From contig JBHGNT010000008.1 in the NCBI GenBank assembly GCA_043228905.1, positions 12,710,001 to 12,774,000 on the forward strand: DNA of 64,000 nt. The letters are read 5' to 3'. A program made the position numbers and the translations under genes. The notes under the pieces were generated by a model, which was not told the DNA's origin, ran no database searches, and saw only the letters and a list, made by a program, of their open reading frames with translations. Of this stretch, positions 22,987 to 35,800 are shown piece by piece. Position 1 is the first letter of the stretch; each line of letters begins with the position of its first letter. The DNA comes from Azolla caroliniana. Lineage: Eukaryota > Plantae > Polypodiophyta.

Positions 22987-24445
22987 GTTGAGCACCTTCA
23001 GTGCGCACATCATCTATTGAGATACGTGAGCGGCACTAAGGATAGGGGACTATTGTATCGACACAGTGTAGTCGAATAGTTAGTTAGCTATATGGATGCC
23101 GACTCGGTCGGTGATGCGTCGGATCGTCGGCCAACATCTGGCTTCATGTTTTCTCTTGGTAGCACGGTTGTTGCATGGAGCAGCAAGAAGCAGCCAATAG
23201 TGTCTTTGTCGAGCACTGAGGCTGAGTACTAAGGAGCTACCGTCGCGACCTGTGAAGCCATATGGCTTCGGCGGCTGTTGTAGGACCTCCAGATCGAAGT
23301 GCCAACTCCGATCCCAATCTACTGTGAAAACATAAGTAGCATGCAACTCGCCAAGAACCCCATGTTCGAAGTACATTATCACTTTGTGTGCGAGCAGGTC
23401 CTAAACAGTGAAGTCGAACTCTGATATGTTTGAAAGGATTGGCAGGTTGCCGACATCTTCACTCACCAAGCCACTTGGATCGGACAAGTTGCATCACTTT
23501 TCGGAGATGCTTGGGCTACACCATCTGGACAAAGTCAAGAAGGACAGAGCCGCAACCGGAGACAAGAAGAAAAAGGAAGGTGAGTTGACTGAAGAAGTCG
23601 ACACATCCGATAAAGTGAGAACGAGCGGTGACGATAGCATAGTCAAGAAGGACAGAGCCAACCAGAAGAAGAAGGCCAAGAACCAGACATGGTCTGATGT
23701 GTTAAAGGGCCTAAAGATTGAAGACAAGTTGGAGACAACCAACTCGAACAAGAGCGGGATCGAATCGGTGACAGTCGATTCAATCAAAAAGTTCGATTCG
23801 GACAAGCCGAATCAAGAGAAGGCCAAATGGACGAGAGGGCAACGAAAGTTGACGCCAACATGGAGGAGCCAATGGGTCGAGAAGCGCCAAAGTCATAGCA
23901 TCGAAGGAGCTGAGATGGGCCTTATGAGCAAACAAGCCAATTGAAGGGTCGAGGTGCGCAGAACCGAACGGGTCGTAGAAAGCGGAACCAGACGGGTCGA
24001 GGAGTACAAGCGACGCTTGAAGATGCCAAGAGAAGCCGGAAGCAAGGACCGACAATGACTGACACGATGGACCGACCTCAGGTTGAGCTTGAGGGGGAGT
24101 TTTGAGCGGACATGCTCAACATGATCTGGATCAACTGAATAAGCCAAGAGCCGAATTGGTGTTCGGATTTGAATGTAACTGGTAGGCCATTAGAGGCCTA
24201 CAATCCTACCCTATTAGATAGGCATATTTTTAGGAGTTAGTGTCAGAGCTCAGTTATGAGCATTGAAGTACTTGTCAGTAATTTTGTCAGTCCTTTTAAG
24301 GACTTGTATAAAAGTGCTCTATGAGCACATTCAATGTACATAGTCTATAGAGTATTTTGAAATAGAGTTGTCATTGTTTTGCTCTCTCTATCTCTCCCAT
24401 GTACTTTGTGTGTGTGTGATTCAAGCTTCCATTAAACCTTCTTCC
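22987..24445 (+). mobile_element. 3' part of a family-A-related copia: RNase H, C-terminal extension, PPT near 24091-24099, truncated 3' LTR from about 24100
   Basis: WSSKKQ, SSTEAEY and TKPLG motifs. GTTGAGCTTGAGGGGGAG precedes the LTR as at 8374-8391. LTR core GAGCATTGAAGTAC is shared with family A. Confidence 0.85.
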
Positions 24446-25769
24446 AACACTCGCTCTCCCAGTGGCCTTTCCAACCAAAATACCAGCATTCCATTTCACC
24501 CTTTGCTTGCCGGTTTCCGGCGCTGCCTTGACTCCCCCTGCTCGTGGAGGGTCTAGAACTGCTATTGGCATGTCAGTTATGCCTTTGTGTTTGCTCTTGT
24601 CGGTTGCCACTATTGTGTGCCGAACCACCACGTCCTCCATGTCCACGGGGCCGATCCACCTCTGTGTACAACATCCACCTCTGATTGAGTGGTTCTCGAC
24701 CCACTCGCGTGGTTTTCCTCGACCATCAGCATTGATTGCAGGTCGAACAAAGACGGTGGCTTCTCCCGGGTGCATATTGTCATCCGGATTGGCATGTACC
24801 TCTATGTTAGACCACCAAGGCAGATCTGTACCATCTCGTCCTCATCCATCGTCACATTGATGGGTCCCAAGGTGTCGCATATCTCCTTTATTTTGGTGTA
24901 GTCGGTGACAGACATATCCTTTTGCCGGATATTGTTGAGCTCTTGCCGGAGCTGCAACTTTTGGGCCGTGGTACTTGTGGCAAAAATCTTTTTCAAATTT
25001 TCCCAGGCCTCCTTCGGCATTTTCGCATCTCGAATGTAGCCCAACATTTGGTTGTGCACACAGGACGCAAGACAGTACAAGACTTGCTCCCACATCGGGA
25101 TGTCCTTGTGTGCTAGTTCGGGTGCTACTTCATTCGCTCCTTCCACATAACTCCAGTAACCGTGCCCCAACAGGTACTGGTGCATCTTGTAATACCAAGA
25201 TGCATAGTTGCTCTGATTGAGCTTTTCTGTAGGAAGTGAGCTTGTCATGTTTCTGTCCAGTTTTTCCTTTTTCTGTTCTTTACCGAGTGTTAGGTTTTGG
25301 TTTGTTTGAGCACTTGTCGGCAGTAGAGGATTCTCAACCCTCGCGCTCTAATACCATGAAAATAATAGCATGCGGAAGCTAAAAAATACAACCAGTTACA
25401 ACAAGATAGCAATAGAGAGTAAACAAAGGTTTAATGGAAAGCTCATAAAACATGTAGAGGACTCGGGAGAGACTGAGAGAGCAAAACACTAAAAAACTAT
25501 TTCAAAAAATGATACTCTTTACAAACATATGTTCTCAGTGAGCACTTTTATACAAGTCCATAAAAGGATGGTCAGAAGTACTGACAAGTACTTCAATGCT
25601 CATAATTGAGCTACTGACACTAACATCTAAAACTATGATTACCTACTACCTAGGTACGTAGGCCTCTAATGGCTTGCCGGTTCTCGTGGATCTGGCTCTC
25701 CGATCCGATCCGGACCTAGCCAATCGGTTTTCATCCGATCCAACCCACGTTGAGCTTGCTCGCTCAACA
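24446..25769 (-). mobile_element. 5' part of a family-A-related copia: LTR 25357-25769, PBS 25345-25356, gag
   Basis: ORF 24802-25248 MTSSLPTEKLNQSNYASW. Reverse-strand LTR starts TGTTGAGCGAGCAAGCTCAAC. Confidence 0.87.
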
Positions 25770-27308
25770 ATCGACTACCACAGTCACTTCCTCTTGGCAT
25801 ATTCAAGCATGCATTAGGTATAATGTGTTGGTCTTACGGGCTCGAGCCACATCATACATCCTTTGCAGTACTTCATGATGTCGTTCTGGATGCTGCCTTC
25901 ATCGTCTAGCCGACCGGCTGATATCAGATTCAATCTTACTTCTGGAACATGTCAAACATCTCTCAATACTAGTCTACACCCGGTAGACATTTCCAACCAC
26001 ACATCTCCTATGCCGACAATTTGGCATACTCCTTCATTTCCCATCTTTACAAAACCGTGGTGTCCGGCTCTATATGATGAGAAGCACTTTCGATCAGGGG
26101 TCAGATGAAACGACACTCTAGAGTCAACCACCTATGTCAATTCATCGCCGACAAGATTCACTTTGTTCTGCTCGTTGATCAACAATAGCTCCTCCTTACT
26201 TGTCGCGATTGCCGAGATGTTCTTGCTGTCCGGAATCCTCTTCGGCTGAACATCGTCAGCTCCCCCTTTGTCTTTCTGGTTGTGTCGGCAATTTTTATAG
26301 GAGTGCCCCCGCTTCCCACAATAAAAGTACATGGGCCTCCCCCTTGACTTTGACCTAGTTCCCGACTTTTCTTGTTTCTGGGGACTTCTGCTTCGACCTC
26401 TTCCCTGATTCTTGTCACCTTCCATGACTAAGGCCTTTGGGTCGGAAATTGCCTCTCTATCCTTCCGACGAGCTTCCTCATTCAGCACGCTCGACTTCAC
26501 CTTCTCCATGGATAAGTGTTTCCCTTCCAATCCAACAAATGTGTGACAACGATTATCTCCCAACTATTCGGAAGAGATCCCAACAACAATAATGCTAGTA
26601 CCTCGTCGGCGAGAGGTACTTCCAGAGAGGTGGTTTGATTTATTAGCCCTTGGAAGGCATTTAGATGCTCCGCCATGCTGGAGCCATCTTGATACCGGAG
26701 TCTCACTATTTTCCGGAACACTGAGACTCTGTTAACAACATTCTTATTCTCAAACATAATGTCGATCTTCTCCCATAGGACACCTGCCTTGTTCTCCTCA
26801 TTGAAGTTGTTGTATAGACTCGTGTCTATAAAACATCTTATGTATGTTGCCACCTTCAAATGCATGACTTCCCAAGTCGATGCATCAACCTTGTCAAGCT
26901 TGGTGGTGCTGTTGTATTGCACCAACAACCATAAATCTTTGCACACCAATATGTACCTCATCTTCGACTTCCACACAGAATAGTTGGAGCCGGTAAGTTT
27001 GAACATGCCTCCAAATGAGTCTTCCATCACTCTGATACTAGTTTGTAGGGATCGAAGCCGGCCACAACCAATTAACACACTAGTGTATGCGGGAGCAAAG
27101 ATTCAACTGACAAAAAAACTAAAAAAACACAAATACAGAGAGAAGGTATTTTAACGTGAAAGCCCTAATAGGGAAAAACCACGGGGGTCCACAAACCCCG
27201 AATTGTTCACTATATGAGAGGAATAACAAAGAACTCTCAAGCAACAACCTCGAGCTCGTCTTCTTCGCCTAAAGGCGGGTACAACAGAGATGCAACAACA
27301 CACACACA

Positions 27309-27402
<94 letters not shown>

Positions 27403-27649
27403 GACACACGCTATACAGTTACTCACTATAAACAACAACAACCTGAATTTATACTTATATAACTTTGGGTCAATTTACAAATATGGCCCAAGTAGGCGCA
27501 ACAGAAACATATTTACATATGTATCCTTTCCGGATGCCTATCCGGACTCGATCCGGATTTGGATCTAGGTTTGGTCTTTCTTCTCTTTTGGATCCAATTG
27601 ATCCAACTTGTGTTCTTCTTCCCATTTGGCGGGACCTTGTTTCCCAACA
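25770..27649 (-). mobile_element. 5' part of a family-B-related copia: LTR 27044-27649, degenerate PBS 27030-27040, gag-PR
   Basis: MFKLTGSNYSVWKSKM gag. Similar to the 12269-16351 protein (VNLVGDELT, VVDS). LTR shares GGGACC..CCCAACA end and GGGAAAAACCACGGG with family B. Confidence 0.87.
27298..27400. repeat. Compound microsatellite (CA)n(CT)n(CA)n inside an LTR
   Basis: Directly visible. Confidence 0.95.
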
Positions 27650-29103
27650 GACAGTACTAATATTGTAGAGAGACATTGGCAAATTTATCAAGTATAGTGT
27701 CTTGAGAGGAATAATAAATTTAAGCATGTCTTAATTGGGGACAATGAAACCACCACTTACATAAGAGGATTTATTATATAAAATAGGACTTGTAGAGGCA
27801 AGAAATATGTGAGTTGGGTAGATTCACACCCTATGTAAATTGTAGGGATCAAAGGTCAAGATTTAAAGAGGTCAAGAGGATATTAGAAAGGTATGTTGAC
27901 TGATAACAACACATTGCATATTGTGAATGAGGTCTAATATTGGTTTAGACTATTGAGATTGACCACTCCGATTCTATGGTACAACATCTCGCTCCAATGC
28001 TCATATTGTGATTGCGAAGACCTCAAAAGTAAATCTAAGAATTACATGGAATTCGGATGATCATTGACATGCATATACCACCCTTATGTGTGTCATTATC
28101 AAATTTATAGATCATGCGACTCAAATGTGAAAGGATGATGCCACAATGCAAGTAGGCCTAGAGTTGACACAAGAAGGAGAAGTTGACATGAATGCAGGAG
28201 TCGAAGAAAGGGAACGGAGGAAGTCAGAAGCACTTCAACTGCTTGAGCAAGCATCATGAGCAATGAAAAAGGCTGATGTTGAGCATTGTCAGCAACTCAT
28301 GGTAGATGTGTAAAATCATAGGTGGATGCAGTAGCTTCTTCCAATATACCATCTGGAGGTTGAATAAACCAGAAGCAACAAATTGGTGCAAAAGAGGAGC
28401 CACCATCAAAGTGTTGCAAGAACTTATTGGCAACTCCCCAAACAAAACCAAAACATTTTCTTTTGTGCCGGTGTCGTGAAGAAAACCGTCCACAAGCGGA
28501 ATCGGTGCGCCGGAGCGTAGGAACCAGCTCTTCATGCACGTACGCCTTATGTTGTACATAGAAGATCCTAGGTAGGTAGTTTCGGTGGGTAGGAAGTTAA
28601 TGGGAAACGGCTCCTTCCTTGCCTATAAAAGGAGGAAGACGAGAAAGGGGAAAGGGGGATCGCAAAGCAAGAGAGGACGAAGTGTTGTCGGATTGTGGGC
28701 CGAAGGCTTCTCTCTCTTCCAAACTCCATAGCTTCTTTCTGTGTAGGTTTCGGGAGGCTCGCGCTGCTCTGAGGAAAGCCTGAGTGCTTCCGGCAGCACC
28801 TCCAACCTACTCCTTTCTTTCTGTGCGTTTACGAACAGGCATCGGCATATGTTCGCCGACCTGTTCAGTTGTAACCGACTTCGTGATCTTGTTGTTTGTC
28901 TTGTTTATATATATTTTACATACATTCGCGTCTCTCTGTGTCGCTGTCGCACTCGCGTCTCTGTGTCGAAGGGCCGTGTCCCTGTGAATCTACGCTCGCA
29001 CCTTGTGGGTCTCTTCCCCTCTCCTTTTCTCTCTTGCTCTTCGGTACAAGACCCCCGAGGTCCCACCTCATTCCACGCATCCGCGAGGAATACCTCGACA
29101 TCT

Positions 29104-29121
29104 TGGTGAACCCGACGTGAA
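29104..29121 (+). promoter_or_regulatory. Primer-binding site complementary to the 3' end of cytosolic tRNA-Trp
   Basis: TGGTGAACCCGACGTGAA lies 3 nt after the LTR and is the reverse complement of TTCACGTCGGGTTCACCA, the plant tRNA-Trp 3' end as I recall it. Confidence 0.85.
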
Positions 29122-31259
29122 GGAGGCGGCAGAAGAGCAGAAGATGAAAGGGTCGGATCTTGCGGAGGCCATGGCTTCGACCGTGGATCGGATATTGAGC
29201 GCACGCGAGGGCTCCGGCGCCCTCGACAGAGCCATTGAGGCGGTCGTCGGTACGATCGGCCGGTTCAACGGAAAGGATGCCACGAAGTATTTGGCGTCCT
29301 ACGGGGCAGAAATGCTGATGCGGGACATTCCGAAAGAGAGGCGTCTTGCCGGGTTCCCTCGAGTGGCGATGCTGAGCATCCACGCGGAGGTGCTCGAGGT
29401 ACGGGCGGAGAGCCGTACCTGGGAGGAGTTCGAAGGCCGACTCCTAGAAAAATACGGGTTGGATGACGCACTCCGGCTTTCGAAACGGGACTTCATGGAA
29501 TGGGTGGAGTCCCCCGGCAAGGGAAGAAACGCGTCGGCACTCCTCCGGGAGTTCGAAGAACGCTTTGCGCGCCTTTCGGCGCTTGACCGAACCGTTCTGG
29601 ATACGAGCCGGGTCCTACTGTTCGTCAAGTCGGTGGACGAGCGGAACCGGGATCAAGTCGGCTCCTTGCTGGAAACCGAAGATGGGCTGACGACCGATTG
29701 GGCTGCGGTTAAGAGAGCCTGTGGCCGTTTCGACAAACGGCGAGAATGGGCTGACAACGGGGCGGCTGGTGCGGGCTCTGTCATAGCAAGGAGGCTTGAA
29801 CCGGCACCGCAAGGGCGAAGGGAAGAAACCCAAGAATGGCTAGAAACCGGTCCGGCTTCGACCGGCATGGTCAGTGGCTCGTCCGGAGGAGCAGCGCTGG
29901 AGGAGTTGACGCGGGCAATAAAGGATCTCCAGATCGCCCAGACTCGAAGGGAAGGCGGCAAACCGGCTCGTGACCGACGGCCGGTAGCAGGGAACAGGTG
30001 CATGTGGTGCGACGAGGTCGGCCACATCCGGAAGGACTGCGGCGATTTCGCAGAAGCGTTGAGGAACCGGGTGGTGTACCTGTGGGAAGGTCGGGTGCAC
30101 GCCGGCGACACCAGAAGGGCCCTAAACCGAAACGACGGGCGAGGAGGTATGAAGAGACTGATGGAAGAGGCAGTGGTCCGACACGTGGAGGCCATCCACT
30201 ACTCGGCGTCGGTCGGTATTCGGGTCGGGGGCAGCGAGGCCCGAAAGGAGAGCAAGGACGGGTTCTGGTCGGCAATGCTGGAAGGCCTTGCCGGCGCACG
30301 GCTAAGGAAAGACGAAACGGACCGCGCTGAGAGACGGGTCCGGGAAATAACCGGGTGGAGCAATCCGGTCGAGGAGAAGACGGGTTTCGTAGAAGCCGCC
30401 TACCGGAACTACGAGGCTCTGGTAGAAGACAAACGAGTGGGGAAAGCCGGAGCGGCCGGGCCCTCACAACGGTACGAGACCCGATTCGGGCAACGACAGA
30501 ACGATGCCGGTGGGTCCAGCTCGCAAGATAACCCCAGGAAGGGCGGATACCGACTGGGGACGGAAATAGAAAGGACTACGGACCAACGAAAGGTCCTAAA
30601 AGAACGGATCCTCGACAGCAAAGTGGAGCTGTCATTGCGAGAGGTGCTAGGGATCGCAAAGAAGGAGTTCCACGACTCCATTGTGGACCTGGTGAAACGG
30701 AAGAGGCTGTCGACGGAGACGGAACTGGAAAGGCCGGTGGAGGTGCAGATGACGCACATCGACGACATGGTGATGGAAGACGAGTGGGCGGAGAGCCACT
30801 ATTCGAGGCCACACTGGGCCCGAGCGACCACGGAGACCCCGGTAAAGATCGAAGATGTTCAGGAACCGGTGGTGGCATTGGTGGACCACGGTTCGGAAAT
30901 AAACCTGATGTCCATGGACTTCTATAAGAAGGGAAAGTGGCCGATCAACACCAAGCACGGGTGGAAGATACGGGCGGCGACGTGCGCCACTGAGGAACTG
31001 CACGGGCCTGCCCGAACGTGCGAGTCAAGATCGGCGACATCGAGATTGACCAACACTTCTTCGTACAGGAGACGTCCTCGCACCCGGTCATATTAGGGGA
31101 ACCATACATCACGGCGGCGCGAATGGAGACCAAGGTGCTGGACAACGGTTCGGCCTACGCGAGGGTCAAAAGCCAGGACGGGCGCCATTCGGTTCAATTT
31201 CTGACTGTGCGGCCGAACCACGAGAGGAACCGTGAATCCCTCGGTGGCGAGAACCGGGA

Positions 31260-31325
31260 GGATTTTTTGAGAGGGCTGCCAAGGCGTGGGGCCGAGACAG
31301 CCCGGACACTCGGGAAAGACCCCAC
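31260..31325 (+). promoter_or_regulatory. Predicted -1 programmed ribosomal frameshift signal (slippery heptamer plus pseudoknot) between PR and RT
   Basis: G_GAT_TTT, 6-nt spacer, stem 1 GGGCTG/CAGCCC, stem 2 GTGGGG/CCCCAC. The -1 frame is open into RT. Same architecture at 9791-9854 on the minus strand. Confidence 0.8.
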
Positions 31326-32233
31326 AACTGTACGATAGAACCGAAACCGAAGGAACCCTGTACGATAGGTAGGAAATTTTGTTTCTCCGACAACGGAGGG
31401 TGTATGATAGTCGGCATCGTTGGCCGAGAAAAGACAAGGGCGGAAGTGCGACTTCGAGCGTGCGGAGTTCTCGGCCCGGACGAGGAAATCAGCGGAGCCG
31501 TGGAGGCGGTCTCCTTCGACGACACCTTGGGGATGCTGAGGAAGGTAGCTGGAGAAGACCTTAACGAAGACCGGATGATACCGGTATGTTCCGAAGAGAT
31601 GTACGAAGTCATCGCGAACTTCAGTCGGGGGCTCGGGTCGGATCGGACGGCCCGAGTTAGCACGAAGTACAAGACTGTGGACCGGAAGGTAAGGCCAGTC
31701 GCGGCACCCTTACCTGAGGGCAGCGAGTCCCGGATCAGAGGGGTTGCGTCGGACCCCAGTTTGCGAGATCCGGTTTGCATAGGACACACCTTCACCGACG
31801 GAACGCTCCGGGAGCTCAAAATCGGTGGGGGCGGGTTCCTACTGCCGGCGGAGGAAGACCGGTTTCGGAGAATGCTCGGAAGGCACGAGAAAGCCTTCGC
31901 ATTCTCACCGGAAGAGATCGGGTGCGTAGACCCGACAATCGTGGAGCCGATGGTGATATTCACGGTACCGCATGTGCCGTGGAATCTCAAGCCGATTCCA
32001 GTACCGAGAGCTCACATCCCGAAGTTGATGGAGCTATTGAGGCAGAAAGTCGATATGGGCATTCTCAAACCGTCGAGTGCCCCATACTCGAACCGATGGT
32101 TTACCGTACCAAAGAAAAACGGAACATTGCGCTTCATTCAAGACCTGCACCGGTCAACAGAGTGACCATTCGGAACGCAGGAATTGGACCGACCATAGAC
32201 GAGTTCGCAGAGGCCTTCGCCGGAAGGTCGATT

Positions 32234-32867
32234 TGTTAGAAATTGACGCTTTCCAAGCCTTCGCCTCTCGGCCACAACCGAGGAAACACGAATCAATGCA
32301 ACAGTAAACGAAAACACAGAGAGAGACTCGAATGCACAAGGTTTAGCGTGGAAAACCCTAGACGGGAAAAACCACGGGAGTGCAAGACTCCAACTATCAG
32401 TATACGCAGGGAATGTACAATGGCGAGCTGCAAAGCGACGACCTTGAGCTCGCTGTCCTCGCCACAGGCGGCGGTATTACACAGAGGCGTCTACCTCTTC
32501 CTTTCTCTCTCTCTCTCACTCTTTCTCTCGGCTGCTCTCACTTCGCTCCCTCTAAGTGGAAAACAGAAAAATGAGCAACAACTACAAAACTGTTTGCCCT
32601 AAGTCATATTTATACACATATAACTTTCGTGCTATTTACAAATATAGCCTCAAGGGCCCTTGGCAAACATATTCACAAATATGTCCCCGCATCCGGATCT
32701 CTCTCCGGGTACATTCGTCATCCGGCTTCGTAGCCGGGTCTTCATCATCCGGATCCGAAACCGGGTCTTCATCATCCGGATCCGGAACCGGGTATTCATC
32801 ATCCGGCTCTTCGTTCTCGATTCCCAGACATCCGACCATCCCATCCGGAGGGACCGTAATCCCAACA
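32234..32867 (-). mobile_element. Solo LTR of copia family B inserted in the gypsy RT
   Basis: Matches the LTR at 11641-12258. TG..CA ends. TSD CGATT at 32229-32233/32868-32872. RT text AGRSI|YSVGDLYSG resumes after it. Confidence 0.96.
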
Positions 32868-35800
32868 CGATTTACTCGGTCGGTGATCTGTACTCGGGGT
32901 ACGACCAGTTCCAACTAGCCGTGGAGAGCAGAGACATTACGACGATGTGAACTCCCCTCGGCCTAGTGCGAATGTGTACCCTGCCACAAGGAGGGACTAA
33001 CTCGGTGGCCCACATGGTGAATGCAATGAACAAGGTACTGAGGGATTGCATCCCGGACATCACCATGCCGTTTCTAGACGACATCCCTATCAAAGGGTGC
33101 CCGGTGGAAGAGAAGGACGAGACAGTCGGGCCGAATGGATGCCGACGATTCGTGGCAACACACATCGACGACTGCGAGAAGGTGCTACAAAGGCTAGAGG
33201 ATCCGAGGCTCACCTTCTCCGGGGAGAAATCGGCCTTCGGGCAATCAGAAATCCTGGTGGTCGGACACCTATGTGGACCATATGGCCGGAAGCCGTCTCC
33301 GGCAAAGGTAGAAGCCATCTCCGCGATGAAGACCGACTGTAGCTCGGTTACGGAAGTTTGGAGGTTCCTGGGGGCATGCGCATTCTACCACATATGGATC
33401 CCGCATTACGCCCACGTTGCGGAGCCGCTATACGGGTTGCTGAAGAAAGGGCGAAAATTCGAGTGGCGAGACGAGCACACGGAGTCGGTCCGGAAGCTGA
33501 AGGAAGCTCTTGCGGCAGCACCGGCGCTCCGGAAGGCTGTCTACGAGAAGGGTGCCCCGGTATACATAACGGTGGATACGAGCCCGACCGGGATCGGATG
33601 GGTCGTCAACCAAGAAGACGAGGACGGCATTCGGTTCCCGATCCGATTCGGCGCGAAGGTCCTCAGTGAGCGACAGCGAGGGTACGCCCAAGTTAAACGC
33701 GAACTCTGGGGTATCGTTTCGGCAGTAAAGGCCGACAAAGACTACCTGATCGGGACAAAAGTGGTTATCGAGACGGATTTCCTGCCAATTCTCGGCATGG
33801 TTTCCGGATGCGCGACGCCGGACCTGGCGATGCTTAGGTGGATAGCGTACATCAAGTCCCTGGACCCGGAAATACGACACATTTCCAGAAAGGACAACGC
33901 CATGGCCGACATGCTTTCGAGGGCGAGGTTTGATGACGAGGGCGGTTTCGGAGGACGAAGAAGTCGGCGTGGACTTCTTCGAGGCGGCGTACGTGACGAC
34001 CGATGGGATGAGCACTCCGGCACTTAACAACTTCGACGAGAGCAAGTACGACGGCGAGTGGCTCCAGATCGGTGGATTTTTGAGGACAATGACGCCGGAT
34101 GCGTCATGGACGAGGGACGAGGCCAACCGGATCCGGAAGAAAGCATACCGATTCTTTCTCCGGGACGGATACTTATGGAAGCACCCGAAGAAGAGGAACG
34201 GCGTCCCGCTCCGGGTGGTGGCGATGAAGGAAGATAAGGAGGAGCTGCTGACGGCTTACCACGACAGCCCTTGGGCTGGTCACCGTGGAACGTGGGCCAC
34301 GTTCGAGAAGATAAAGGGGAAGTACTGGTGGTTGGGACTGTACCGGGACGTGCATCGGTTCGTGACAACTTGCGAGAGCTGTTAGATGCACTCCATAGTC
34401 CGACATCGGGACGGGCTTCACCCTACGTACCCTCCGACCATCCACTTCAAATGGATGGTAGACCTGGTGACGATGCCGATGGGAGTAGGACAGATGCGGT
34501 ATCTGGTCCTGGCTCGGGAAGATCTGACGAACCAGGTGGAAGGCCGGGCCCTTCAGAACAAAACGACTGCAGCCGTATGTCGGTTCCTGATCGAGGACGT
34601 GATATGCCGGTACGGGTGTGTCGGGAAGATCGTGGCTGATCGCGGGGAGTTGGACGCCGAAGAGGCCGAGGAGCTGTTCGACCGGTTAGGAGTCAAGCTC
34701 TCGCTTACCACTGCGTACAATCCAGAGGTGAATGGAAAGGTGGAGCGCGGACACGGACCGGTCGTCAAGGCGTTAGTTCGGGCATGCGGAGGTCAAGTCG
34801 GGAATTGGCCGCGGCTGTTGCCTTACGCGTTGTGGGCGGACCGAACTACGCACAGTTCAGTGACAGGATTCATGCAGGCAGAGCTCATGTTTGGGCAGAA
34901 GCCGATCATGCCGATGGAACGTACAATCTTCTCATGGGCAACCGTGGACTGGAGAAACGAGATGAGCCGGGAGGAACTATTGGCGGCGCGCATACGTCAA
35001 CTCGAGCGAAGGCCGAAAGACATGGAGTAGGCTGCGGAAAAGCTTCGGGAAGCAAGGATGAGGAACAAAGCCCGGTTCGACTGAACGCACCGGCTCCGAC
35101 CGAAGAAGATCGAGGAAGGCGACTGGGTGCTAGTCTATGACAGCAGCCTCGACAACCAGCACCGAGCGACACGGAAGTTCGCAAGAAGGTGGTTCGGGCC
35201 TTACGTGGTACAAAGCGCCAACGATAACGGGACGTACCATCTGGCGGAACTCGACGGCACGAGAATGGCGATACCGGTAGCTGGGAAGCGGATCAAAGCG
35301 TTCAAGAAGCGTCACGACGACGAGCCGGATCCGATTAACCTAGACCGCGACGACGAACGATCCGAAACCGAGGAAGAACCGACGGGCGGGGACTGAAGAC
35401 TGGACCGGTTTTCTCCGTCCCAACTCAATTTGGCGCATGCCGGTGGATGCGCGGTTAGGTGGGGGCGGATGTCGTGAAGAAAACCGTCCACAAGCGGAAT
35501 CGGTGCGCCGGAGCGTAGGAACCGGCTCTTCATGCACGTACGCCTTATGTTGTACATAGAAGATCCTAGGTAGGTAGATTCGGTGGGTAGGAAGTTAATG
35601 GGAAACGGCTCCTTCCTTGCCTATAAAAGGAGGAAGACGAGAAAGGGGAAAGGGGGATCGTGAAGTAAGAGAGGACGAAGTGCTATCGGATTGTGGGCCG
35701 AAGGCTTCTCTCTCTTCCAAACTCCATAGCTTCTTTCTGTGCAGGTTTCGGGAGGCTCGCGCTGCTCTGAGGAAAGCCCGAGTGCTTCCGGCAGCACCTC

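Noticed and set aside
27650-28471. Possible very old copia integrase remnant
   Set aside because: Only faint motif traces, not enough to annotate.
29871-30467. Long antisense and alternate-frame ORFs across the GC-rich gypsy and copia elements
   Set aside because: Expected shadows of GC-rich coding sequence, with no independent motifs.
31003-31020. Frame break inside the G2 protease as a second programmed frameshift
   Set aside because: One missing G (GGG GCC TGC to GGGCCTGC) explains it. G1 reads VACPDV in frame and there is no slippery site.
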